A stretch of DNA of 64,000 nucleotides from a bacterium (GTDB lineage: Archaea; Thermoplasmatota; E2; JACPAO01; JAHFTW01), in contig JAZJZE010000001.1 of assembly GCA_040390065.1 (NCBI GenBank), forward strand, positions 357,769-421,768, given 5' to 3'. Both the position numbers and the translations under genes were made by a program. The notes beneath the pieces are model-generated. The model saw only the letters and a list, made by a program, of their open reading frames with translations. It did no database searches and was not told the DNA's origin. This document shows, piece after piece, positions 38,039 to 46,165 of this stretch (the stretch's first letter is position 1; each line of letters starts with the position of its first letter).

Positions 38039-38502
38039 TGGCCGATCTGCGCAACCAGAAGCGCCTGGCAGCCTCCGTCATGAAGGTGGGCGCCAGCCGC
38101 ATCCGCATCGACCCTGACCGCAACGACGAGGTCGCGACGGCGGTGACCCGCGGCGACGTGCGCAAGCTCGTCTCCGGCGGCGTCATCACGGCCGTCCAGA
38201 AGACCGGCGTCTCACGCGGCCGCGGCCGCAAGATCGCATCCCAGAAGGCCAAGGGCCGCCGCACCGGCCCCGGCTCCCGCAAGGGCGCCGCCAACGCCCG
38301 CACGCCGCGCAAGGCGACGTGGGTCGGCCGCATCCGGGCGCTGCGCGACGAGCTGCGTGTCCTTCGCGAGAAGGGCGCCATCGACGCCGCCGCGTACCGC
38401 GACTACTATGTGCGCGCGAAGGGCGGACAGTTCCGCTCCCGCGCCCACTTGCGCACCCACATGAAGACTGAAGGCGCCCTCTCCGAAGAGGTGGCAATCT
38501 AA
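38038..38502 (+). CDS. rpl19e: 50S ribosomal protein L19e
   Basis: QKRLAA, GSRKG..NAR, KGGQF. Confidence 0.97.
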   Translation: MADLRNQKRLAASVMKVGASRIRIDPDRNDEVATAVTRGDVRKLVSGGVITAVQKTGVSRGRGRKIASQKAKGRRTGPGSRKGAANARTPRKATWVGRIRALRDELRVLREKGAIDAAAYRDYYVRAKGGQFRSRAHLRTHMKTEGALSEEVAI

Positions 38503-39098
38503 TGGCAACCTCACCCCGCACCCGCGTCCCGTTCCGCCGCCGCCGCCAAGGCAAGACCGACTACCGCCGCCGCCTGGCCCTGCTGCGCTCCGAGGAGACC
38601 CGCCTGGTCGTCCGCCGCACCAGCGCCAACGTCATCGTGCAGTTCGTCGACTGGGACCAGAACGGCGACCTCGTGAAGGCCACCGCCGTCGCCCAGGAAC
38701 TCGCCAAGCTCGGCTGGGAAGGATCCAGCAAGAACACTCCCGCAGCGTACCTGACCGGTCTCCTGGCCGGCAAGCGCGCTGCTGCCGCCGGCGTCTCGTC
38801 GGCGGTCCTCGACATCGGCCGCCGCCCGCCCACGAAGGGCTCGCGCGTCTTTGCCGCCCTCAAGGGCGTCCTGGACGCCGGCATCGACGTGCCACACGGC
38901 GAGGATGGCATCTACCCCAGTGAAGAGCGCCTGAACGGGGCGTTCCTGGACCTGGAAACGAACTTCAACGCTGTCAAGGCCAAGATTGGGTCTGGAGACC
39001 AGAAGGGCTCTGGACCCGCGAGCGCTGCCCACAAGGGCAGTGCGGTCGGCGCCACGCCGAAGGCATCGGCAGCTAAGTCCAACGACGAGGAAGAATAA
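38502..39098 (+). CDS. rpl18: 50S ribosomal protein L18
   Basis: RRRRQGKTDY, NTPAAYLTG. Confidence 0.97.
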   Translation: MATSPRTRVPFRRRRQGKTDYRRRLALLRSEETRLVVRRTSANVIVQFVDWDQNGDLVKATAVAQELAKLGWEGSSKNTPAAYLTGLLAGKRAAAAGVSSAVLDIGRRPPTKGSRVFAALKGVLDAGIDVPHGEDGIYPSEERLNGAFLDLETNFNAVKAKIGSGDQKGSGPASAAHKGSAVGATPKASAAKSNDEEE

Positions 39099-39099
39099 C

Positions 39100-40011
39100 A
39101 TGGCCGACGCTCCAAGCAGTCCAGCCCCCCGCGCGCCGCGTGCCGCGGGCGAAGCGCCCCGCTCCGGCGGATTCGGTGGCCCCCGCGGCGGCGGAGGCGG
39201 CTTCGGCGGCCCCCGCCCCGGCGTGCGCCCAGACGGCCGCCGCTCCGCCCCGCGTGGCGGCTCGCGCGATGGCGCCCCGCGCCGCCGCCGCGACGACGAC
39301 GCACCCAAGCTGCCGTGGGTCCCCAAGACCCGCCTTGGCAAGATGGTCAAGTCCGGCGACGTGAAGTCGATGAGCGAGGCACTGGCCACGAAGCTGCCGC
39401 TTCGCGAACCCGAGATCGTCGACGCACTCCTCCCGGAACTCGCCGATGAAGTCCTCAACATCAACATGGTCCAACGCATGACCGACTCCGGCCGCCGCGT
39501 CCGCTTCAGCATCACCGCTGTCACGGGCAACAAGGACGGCTTCGTCGGCCTCGGCATGGCGAAGGGCAAGGAAGTCGGCCCCACGATCAAGCGCGCCATC
39601 GACCGCGCGAAGATCAACATGATCGAAGTCAAGCGCGGCTCCGGCTCGTGGCAGTCGGGCGCCGGCGCCCCCGCCAACTCGGTGCCGTTCAAGCTGTTCG
39701 GCAAGTGCGCCTCGACCGAAGTCACCATCAAGCCGGCGCCGCAGGGCACCGGCCTCGTCGGCGGCAAGACCGCCCGCGCCGTCCTCGGACTCGCGGGCGT
39801 GCACGACGCGTGGATCTACACGCGCGGCCAGACCGGCACGACCACGAACTACGCCAAGGCACTGTTTGCGGCTCTGAAGAACGTCGAGGACATGGAGATG
39901 ACGCCAGCCCAGCGCTCGCGCATCCAGATGGTCTCTGGCGCCCAGAAGGCCATCGCACCGCGCCCGGTCGAGCAGCCGCCGGTGGCGGCCCCTGAAGGAG
40001 GCGCGGCATGA
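39100..40011 (+). CDS. rps5: 30S ribosomal protein S5 with Gly/Arg-rich N-extension
   Basis: WVPKTRLG, VQRMTDSGRR, PAPQGTGL. Confidence 0.97.
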   Translation: MADAPSSPAPRAPRAAGEAPRSGGFGGPRGGGGGFGGPRPGVRPDGRRSAPRGGSRDGAPRRRRDDDAPKLPWVPKTRLGKMVKSGDVKSMSEALATKLPLREPEIVDALLPELADEVLNINMVQRMTDSGRRVRFSITAVTGNKDGFVGLGMAKGKEVGPTIKRAIDRAKINMIEVKRGSGSWQSGAGAPANSVPFKLFGKCASTEVTIKPAPQGTGLVGGKTARAVLGLAGVHDAWIYTRGQTGTTTNYAKALFAALKNVEDMEMTPAQRSRIQMVSGAQKAIAPRPVEQPPVAAPEGGAA

Positions 40012-40631
40012 GCACGGCCCGCCCCCCGATGGCGCACCGCGTCGGCTCCAAGACGGGAGCCTTCACCATCATCCGCCTGCGCGGCACGCAGAACCTCAAC
40101 CCCAAGACGAAGGACACGCTGCGCTACCTGCGCCTCAACCGCGTCAACCACGCCGTCGTCCTGCCGCAGAACGAGACGACCATCGGCATGCTCCAGGTCG
40201 CCAAGGACTACGTCACTTGGGGCGAGGTCGACGCTGCAACGTTGTCCAGCGTCATCAAGTCGCGCGGCCGCGTCGTCGGCAACGGTCCCCTCACGGAGGC
40301 CCACGTCGCGAAGCACACGCCGTTCAAGACCATCGACGCACTGGCCTCGGCCATCGTCGAGGGCAAGTTCCGCTACCAGGACGTGCCCGAGGTCAAGCCC
40401 CTGTTCCGCCTGCACCCGGCCCGCAACGGCCTGGAAGGCATCAAGCGCTCCGTCCAGGTGGGCGGCGCGCTCGGCTACCGCGGCCCGGCCATCAACAAGC
40501 TGCTTGGCAAGATGATCCACAGCGACAACGAGGGCACGGGCTCGACGGCGCCGAAACAGACCGTCAAGCAGCCCGCGAAGGTCGCCGCCACCTCCGTCCG
40601 CGCGGGCGCCCAGACATCGGGAGGTGCCTGA
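40008..40631 (+). CDS. rpl30: 50S ribosomal protein L30
   Basis: IRLRG, DTL..LRL, KDYVTWGE, RLHPAR.G. Confidence 0.95.
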   Translation: MSTARPPMAHRVGSKTGAFTIIRLRGTQNLNPKTKDTLRYLRLNRVNHAVVLPQNETTIGMLQVAKDYVTWGEVDAATLSSVIKSRGRVVGNGPLTEAHVAKHTPFKTIDALASAIVEGKFRYQDVPEVKPLFRLHPARNGLEGIKRSVQVGGALGYRGPAINKLLGKMIHSDNEGTGSTAPKQTVKQPAKVAATSVRAGAQTSGGA

Positions 40632-40632
40632 G

Positions 40633-41178
40633 ATGGCATCGGGTGGCAAAGCCAAGAAGATGCGCGGCAACCACACGCACGGACGCGGCAAGAAGGCCGG
40701 CCGTGGCGCGGGTCTGCAGGGCGGCCGCGGCCGCGCCGGCGCCAACAAGCACCGCTACCTCATGTTGCAGGTGCTCGGCGGCAAGCACGCCCACATGGCG
40801 GCCAAGCCGTGGGGCCGCATCGGCTTCAAGTACCGCAGCCGCGACGGCAACCCGAAGCCGGAGTCGCTCAACGTCGGTGACCTCGCCCTGGTCTTCCCGG
40901 GCAAGTCCGACATCGACCTGACGCTCGCGGGCTACGGCAAGTTGCTGGGTTCCGGCGACGTCGCTGGCAAGTTCACGGTCAAGGTGGAGTCGGCCTCGGC
41001 CGGCGCCATCGCGAAGGTCAAGAAGGCCGGCGGCAACGTCGTCCTCCCGGCCGGCGCCTCCCCAGAGGAGAAGGCCGCAGCGGCGAAGGCAGCCCAATCC
41101 AAGGCCGCGGCCGCCAAGCCCGCAGCAAAGGGTGCCCCCGCCAAGCCGGCGGACAAGCCCGCTCCGGCCAAGCCGTAG
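40633..41178 (+). CDS. rpl15: 50S ribosomal protein L15
   Basis: RG..THGRG, GGRGRAG, KLLGSG, AIAKVKKAGG. Confidence 0.95.
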   Translation: MASGGKAKKMRGNHTHGRGKKAGRGAGLQGGRGRAGANKHRYLMLQVLGGKHAHMAAKPWGRIGFKYRSRDGNPKPESLNVGDLALVFPGKSDIDLTLAGYGKLLGSGDVAGKFTVKVESASAGAIAKVKKAGGNVVLPAGASPEEKAAAAKAAQSKAAAAKPAAKGAPAKPADKPAPAKP

Positions 41179-41277
41179 ATAGGTCAGGCCCGTTTTCCCC
41201 TTCTTTCCCTTCCTTCAAGTCCGAGCCCTTAAGAGGGAACCCTCTTTGGGCGCAACAATCCCCGGCTGGTCCCACAC

Positions 41278-42870
41278 ATGGCAGACACGGAGAAACGCAG
41301 TTCCCTCTACGCACTGGAGCCCCTCATCAAGAGGTGGCCTGCGGTCACGAAGCCTGAGGGTCACGTCTCGTTCAAGACGAAGCTCCTCTGGACGACCATT
41401 TGTCTCCTGCTGTACTTCGCGCTGTCGAACATCCCGCTCTTCGGGGTGTCGAACCAGCAGCTCGACATCTTTGCGAGCTTCCGCGCCGTCTTGGCCGGCC
41501 AGTCCGGCACTTTGATGCACCTGGGCATCGGCCCCATCGTCACCGGGTCCATCGTGATGCAGCTCTTCACGGGCGCCAAGATCATCAAGCTCGACCTCAC
41601 GAAGGACGAGGACAAGGCGATCTACCAGGGCGCCCAGAAGATCATGGTCCTGCTGTTCATCTTCATCGAAGCCATCCCGCAAGTGTACGGCTTCCTCAAC
41701 CCGGACCCGAAGTTCATCTCCTGGTTTGGCAGCCACAACATCGGCGGCGGCGAGGCCTGGTCCCGCAGTGTCATCATCGCGCAGTTGGCTCTCGGCGCCA
41801 TCATCGTCTTCCTGATGGACGAACTCATCTCCAAGTGGGGTATCGGTTCGGGCATTTCGCTCTTCATCGCGGCCGGTGTGAGCCAGTCGCTGTTCCAAGG
41901 CACCTTGTCTTGGCAGCCGTCGAACGCGGGCCTTGGCAACCACTACAACCCCATCACGAACCCGCCCGTCGGGGCCATTCCCATGGCGGGATACGTGTTC
42001 TGGAACCGTGACTTGCAAAGCATGGTGCATGGGCAAGGCTTCGAGAACGTCTTCATCGGCGGCGGCAACTTCCCCAACCCACTCATCGCCTTCTTCGGCA
42101 CGATCATGATCTTCATGTTCGTGGTCTACGCGGAAGCAAGCCGCATCGAGTTGCCCCTCGCGCACGGCAAGGTCCGCGGCGCCCGCGGCCGCTACCCGCT
42201 GCGCCTCATCTACGCCTCGAACATCCCGGTCATCCTGATGGCCGCGCTGCTCGCGAACATCAACATCTTCAGCCTGCTTCTCTGGCAGCACCCAACGTTC
42301 AGTCACATCCCCGGCATCGGCCACTCCTGGTGGGTCGGCACGTACGAGACCGGCGGCGGCTCGACGCAGCCCATCGCCGGCGGCGCCTGGTACCTGCAGC
42401 AGTTCCGAGGATTGTCCGATTGGTTCCTGCCCCTGTTCGACCCGCGCTACAGTGGGCTTGCCCACGGCCACGTGTGGTGGCAGATCCTCATCAAGATCAC
42501 GTTGTTCCTGGGCCTCTTCATCGGCGGCTCCATCATGTTCGCCAAGTTCTGGGTCGACACGACGAACATGGGCCCCCATGACGTGGCCAAGCAGATCGAG
42601 AAATCCGGCATGCAGATTCCCGGCTTCCGCCGTGACCCGCGCGTGCTGGAGAAGGTCCTCGAACGCTACATTCCAACTCTTACCATCATCGGTGGTGCGA
42701 CGGTCGGTGCTCTGGCAGCCGTTGCCGACATGATCGGTACCGTCGGCCAGGCGTCCGGTACTGGATTGCTGCTCTGCGTCGGCATTTTCATGAGGATGTA
42801 CGAGCAGATTGCGAAGGAACAGGTCATGGAAATGCACCCCGTGCTCCGTGGCTTCTTCGGCGCGGAATAG
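41278..42870 (+). CDS. secY: Preprotein translocase subunit SecY
   Basis: LGIGPIVT, KWGIGSGISLFI, YASNIP, QIPGFR, GTGLLL. Confidence 0.97.
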   Translation: MADTEKRSSLYALEPLIKRWPAVTKPEGHVSFKTKLLWTTICLLLYFALSNIPLFGVSNQQLDIFASFRAVLAGQSGTLMHLGIGPIVTGSIVMQLFTGAKIIKLDLTKDEDKAIYQGAQKIMVLLFIFIEAIPQVYGFLNPDPKFISWFGSHNIGGGEAWSRSVIIAQLALGAIIVFLMDELISKWGIGSGISLFIAAGVSQSLFQGTLSWQPSNAGLGNHYNPITNPPVGAIPMAGYVFWNRDLQSMVHGQGFENVFIGGGNFPNPLIAFFGTIMIFMFVVYAEASRIELPLAHGKVRGARGRYPLRLIYASNIPVILMAALLANINIFSLLLWQHPTFSHIPGIGHSWWVGTYETGGGSTQPIAGGAWYLQQFRGLSDWFLPLFDPRYSGLAHGHVWWQILIKITLFLGLFIGGSIMFAKFWVDTTNMGPHDVAKQIEKSGMQIPGFRRDPRVLEKVLERYIPTLTIIGGATVGALAAVADMIGTVGQASGTGLLLCVGIFMRMYEQIAKEQVMEMHPVLRGFFGAE

Positions 42871-43248
42871 CGCGCAGCGCGTTCCGCCGACGGGAGCCGG
42901 AGCCGGGCGCATCCAGGCCAGGTTCCCGCAATGTGCTCGCAGCGAGGCCCGCAGGGCCGAGCGGACCTACGGCTGCGCCTCAGCGCGGCCGTAGGGCACG
43001 AAGGGCGACGCCGCAGCGTCGCCCGACAGCAGATTGCGAAGGAACAGGTCATGGAGATGCATCCGGTTCTGCGCGGCTTCTTCGGGGCCGAATAGCGCGC
43101 AGCGCTTCGGCCTTCGAAGGCCGTGCAGAACAGCGCGCCCGAGCGATGCGAAGCGAGCGTGGGCAAGCGGACCCTGCGGTTGCGCTTCAGCGCGACCGCA
43201 GGGGTGGCGAGCGACGCCGCAGCGTCGCGAGCCGTGCTCCGTGGCTTC
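42803..43248 (+). repeat. secY 3'-end duplications interleaved with two homologous hairpin cassettes
   Basis: 42803-42880 repeated at 43028-43105 (8 synonymous differences); CCGTGCTCCGTGGCTTC at 42839 and 43232. Confidence 0.9.
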
Positions 43249-43298
43249 ACCCGACCCTGCGCAACATTCAGGAAAGCCCGGGTTGGTCAGGCGAAACC

Positions 43299-43871
43299 TT
43301 GTCGGCCCTCAACGTCGGCCAGCCCCGCCGCTCGTACGCCCACCCCGAGCCCTACCAGCGGTACCGCCAGCCCCTGCAGGCCAAGTGGAGGCCATTCATC
43401 CTGGAGCGTGACAAACGGCGCTGCCGCGTGTGCGGTGGCCGGGACGACTTGGAGATGGCGCACATCACGGATGCCGTCGCGTTCGTCCGCGCCGCCGGGT
43501 CGCACCGCGGCGTGACCTTCTCCTACCGCTGGGACAACCTCATGACGCTCTGCGATGGGTGCCACGCCGTGAGCCATTCGCATCGATGGAGGGCGGAGGA
43601 CGTGCCCCGCCGGGAGGCCGTGGCCGCGCTCCAGGAACAATTGCGCGGGCTGCGCGGTTGGTCGTCGCCGTTTGCGGTCTTGCCCCCTGCCCTCGTCCCA
43701 CCCGCCATGGCACCGCGCCGCAGCTTCCACGACACCATCCGGCTGTCGCCGCTGCTGCCCTTCCCGACCTTCGCCCGTTACGCCGCGGATGGCGGGCTCG
43801 TATTCGGGGATGCGGAGGCCTCTCCCGGGCAAGGCCATCTTCCCCTAGTGGCCGGGCCCTCGGGCTTTTGA
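43299..43871 (+). CDS. HNH endonuclease
   Basis: ILERDKRRCRVCG...LEMAHI...DNLMTLCDGCH; TTG start inferred (frame open from 42933). Confidence 0.85.
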   Translation: MSALNVGQPRRSYAHPEPYQRYRQPLQAKWRPFILERDKRRCRVCGGRDDLEMAHITDAVAFVRAAGSHRGVTFSYRWDNLMTLCDGCHAVSHSHRWRAEDVPRREAVAALQEQLRGLRGWSSPFAVLPPALVPPAMAPRRSFHDTIRLSPLLPFPTFARYAADGGLVFGDAEASPGQGHLPLVAGPSGF

Positions 43872-43874
43872 GGG

Positions 43875-45674
43875 ATGCTGGCGTTTGCCCGACCCGTGTT
43901 GATGGGTCGGCGGTTCACTGTCCTGAACCTTGCCGCCGTTGCCGTCGGCGCGGTCGCTGGGCTCGCCGCAGTCGGCCTGCGCTATGCCATCAGTTGGGTG
44001 CAGCGCGTCGCGTTCCAGGGTGATGCAGGGGCCGCGACACCGCGCGAGGAGAACACGTTCGTGGTGTCCCGCTGGGGCTGGCTCGTCATCCTCGTGCCAG
44101 CCCTGGGCGGCCTCGCCATCGCAGCCATCCGCCGGTACTGGCCCGCCATCCGCCAACACGGCGTCACGGAGGTCATGGCGGCCGTGCAGGCCAAGGGCGG
44201 CATCCTGCGTGCGCGTTCCAGCGTCGGCCATGCACTCCTGTCCGCCATCACCGTCGGCACGGGGGGCTCGACGGGGCGCGAGGGCCCCATCGGCTACATC
44301 GGCGCGACCTTGGGCTCCAGTGTGGCGCGCCGCCTCGGCCTGACTCCACGCGACATCAAGATCCTGCTCGGCTGCGGTTTCTCCGCTGGCATCGCCGCGA
44401 GCTTCAATGCCCCGCTTGGCGCCGTCCTCATGGCCCTCGAGCTCATCGTCCCCGAGTTCTCCACGCACGCGTTCATCCCGTTGGTCGGCGCCACCGTCGT
44501 CGGTGTCACCATAGGCAACATGCTGCTTGCCGGCCACGCCACGTTTGCCGTGCCCGCCTTCGTCTTCCATTCCTCGTGGGAACTCATCCTGTACGTCGTC
44601 GTTGGCATCGTCTGCGGCTTCGCCGCCGTGGCCTTCATCCGCCTCATCGCCTGGACTTACTACGCCTGGGCCAAGTCGCGTATGGCCGATTTCGCCAAGC
44701 CGGTCCTCGGAGGTCTGCTCGTCGGCATCCTCGGCTTCACCATGTTCTGGGCCACGTCGCGCAGTTCCACCATGCATGACTACCACGTCTTTGGTACGGG
44801 CTATGCCACGATGACGAACGTGCTGGCCACCCCGGCCGACGCGTACGCCCCATTGTTGCCGATCCTGGCCATCCTCGTCTTGGCCAAGCCGATTGCGACT
44901 GCGATCACCATCGGCTCCGGTGGCGCCGGCGGCATGTTCTCCGTCAGCCTCTACCAAGGCGCATTGTGGGGCGGCCTCATCGGCATTGCAGGGCATGCAA
45001 TCGCCCCGTCCATCGTCGTCAACCCGGCCTCGTATGCCCTCGTGGGGATGGGCGCCTTCTATGCTGCCTCGACGCGCGCCACCTTGACAGCCATCGTCAT
45101 GATCACGGAACTGACGCGCGACTACGCCATCGTGGCGCCCCTCATGCTTGCCGCCGTCACCGCCGACGCAGTCTCCGTCCGCCTCTCCAAGGAGACCGTG
45201 TACACCCTGAAGCTCACGCAGACCGGCGTCATCTACGAGCACGACCGGGTACAGAGTCCGTTGGACTTCCTCGTCGTGCGCGACGTCATGACCAAGGAGG
45301 TGCACGGACTCCCCTCCGACCTGTCGGTGGGCGAAGCCTTCAACCGCATGATTGACTTGGGCCACACGGGATACCCTGTTCTGGGCCCCGACGGGAAGCT
45401 GAAAGGTGTGGTGACCAGGCGAGACCTCTCCAAGCAGCTGCATGCCGGAAAGGGGGCGGAATCGCTTGGAAACGTCATTTCGGGCCTCACCATCACAGCC
45501 CTTGCCGGCGAGACGTTGTACCGCGCCCGCGACCGGCTGCACCGCGAAGGCATCGGCCGCCTCGTCGTCGTCGACGCCGTCGACCGCACGCAGATCGTCG
45601 GCATCCTGACCCGGAGCGACCTCCTGCGCGCCGAGGCCGAACGCGGCGTCGAGCACGAGGACGAGTGGTCGTGA
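43875..45674 (+). CDS. CLC voltage-gated chloride channel/antiporter with CBS domains
   Basis: GGSTGREGP, FNAPL, GSGGAGGMF, GTGY, two C-terminal CBS domains. Confidence 0.95.
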   Translation: MLAFARPVLMGRRFTVLNLAAVAVGAVAGLAAVGLRYAISWVQRVAFQGDAGAATPREENTFVVSRWGWLVILVPALGGLAIAAIRRYWPAIRQHGVTEVMAAVQAKGGILRARSSVGHALLSAITVGTGGSTGREGPIGYIGATLGSSVARRLGLTPRDIKILLGCGFSAGIAASFNAPLGAVLMALELIVPEFSTHAFIPLVGATVVGVTIGNMLLAGHATFAVPAFVFHSSWELILYVVVGIVCGFAAVAFIRLIAWTYYAWAKSRMADFAKPVLGGLLVGILGFTMFWATSRSSTMHDYHVFGTGYATMTNVLATPADAYAPLLPILAILVLAKPIATAITIGSGGAGGMFSVSLYQGALWGGLIGIAGHAIAPSIVVNPASYALVGMGAFYAASTRATLTAIVMITELTRDYAIVAPLMLAAVTADAVSVRLSKETVYTLKLTQTGVIYEHDRVQSPLDFLVVRDVMTKEVHGLPSDLSVGEAFNRMIDLGHTGYPVLGPDGKLKGVVTRRDLSKQLHAGKGAESLGNVISGLTITALAGETLYRARDRLHREGIGRLVVVDAVDRTQIVGILTRSDLLRAEAERGVEHEDEWS

Positions 45675-46165
45675 TGATCCGCCACCCATCCCTGCAGGAC
45701 CTGTCGCGCGACCACCACGCGATGCTCCTGCATGCCCAGCGCCTCGCGCACGCCGCCGACCGCACGCCGCAGGACGCCCTCAACGCCAGCCGCTCGTTCC
45801 TGTCGTTCTGGACGGGGTCGCTTCTCGACCACGTGGAGGAGGAGCAGTTCCACGCCGTCGAGTCCGCGACGGAGACGGCCATCCAGGGTCGCTACGCGCA
45901 GATCCACGAGGTGCTGCGTGGCGCCGTCGACCAGTTGCGCATCACGCTCATGGACCCGCAGTATTTCCGCGCCACCGTGCGCGCCGTCTCGGACGCCCTC
46001 AAGGCCCACGTCTCCTTCTGCGAGGCGACACTGTTCTTCGACCTTCAGACCAACGTCCCGGAAGGCGAGCTCAAGCGCCTCGGCGCCGAGATGACGAGCT
46101 ACCGGCGCAAGCGCCGACCCAACTCCATCGGTCCCAACGCCACCGAGAACTGCTATCTCGGCTGA
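45674..46165 (+). CDS. Hemerythrin-like domain protein
   Basis: RHPSL..LSRDHH, HVEEE, H...E..LF. Confidence 0.7.
   Translation: MIRHPSLQDLSRDHHAMLLHAQRLAHAADRTPQDALNASRSFLSFWTGSLLDHVEEEQFHAVESATETAIQGRYAQIHEVLRGAVDQLRITLMDPQYFRATVRAVSDALKAHVSFCEATLFFDLQTNVPEGELKRLGAEMTSYRRKRRPNSIGPNATENCYLG

Noticed and set aside
42803-43105. Diversity-generating retroelement TR/VR pair
   Set aside because: Differences are not adenine-specific, are all synonymous, and no reverse transcriptase is nearby.
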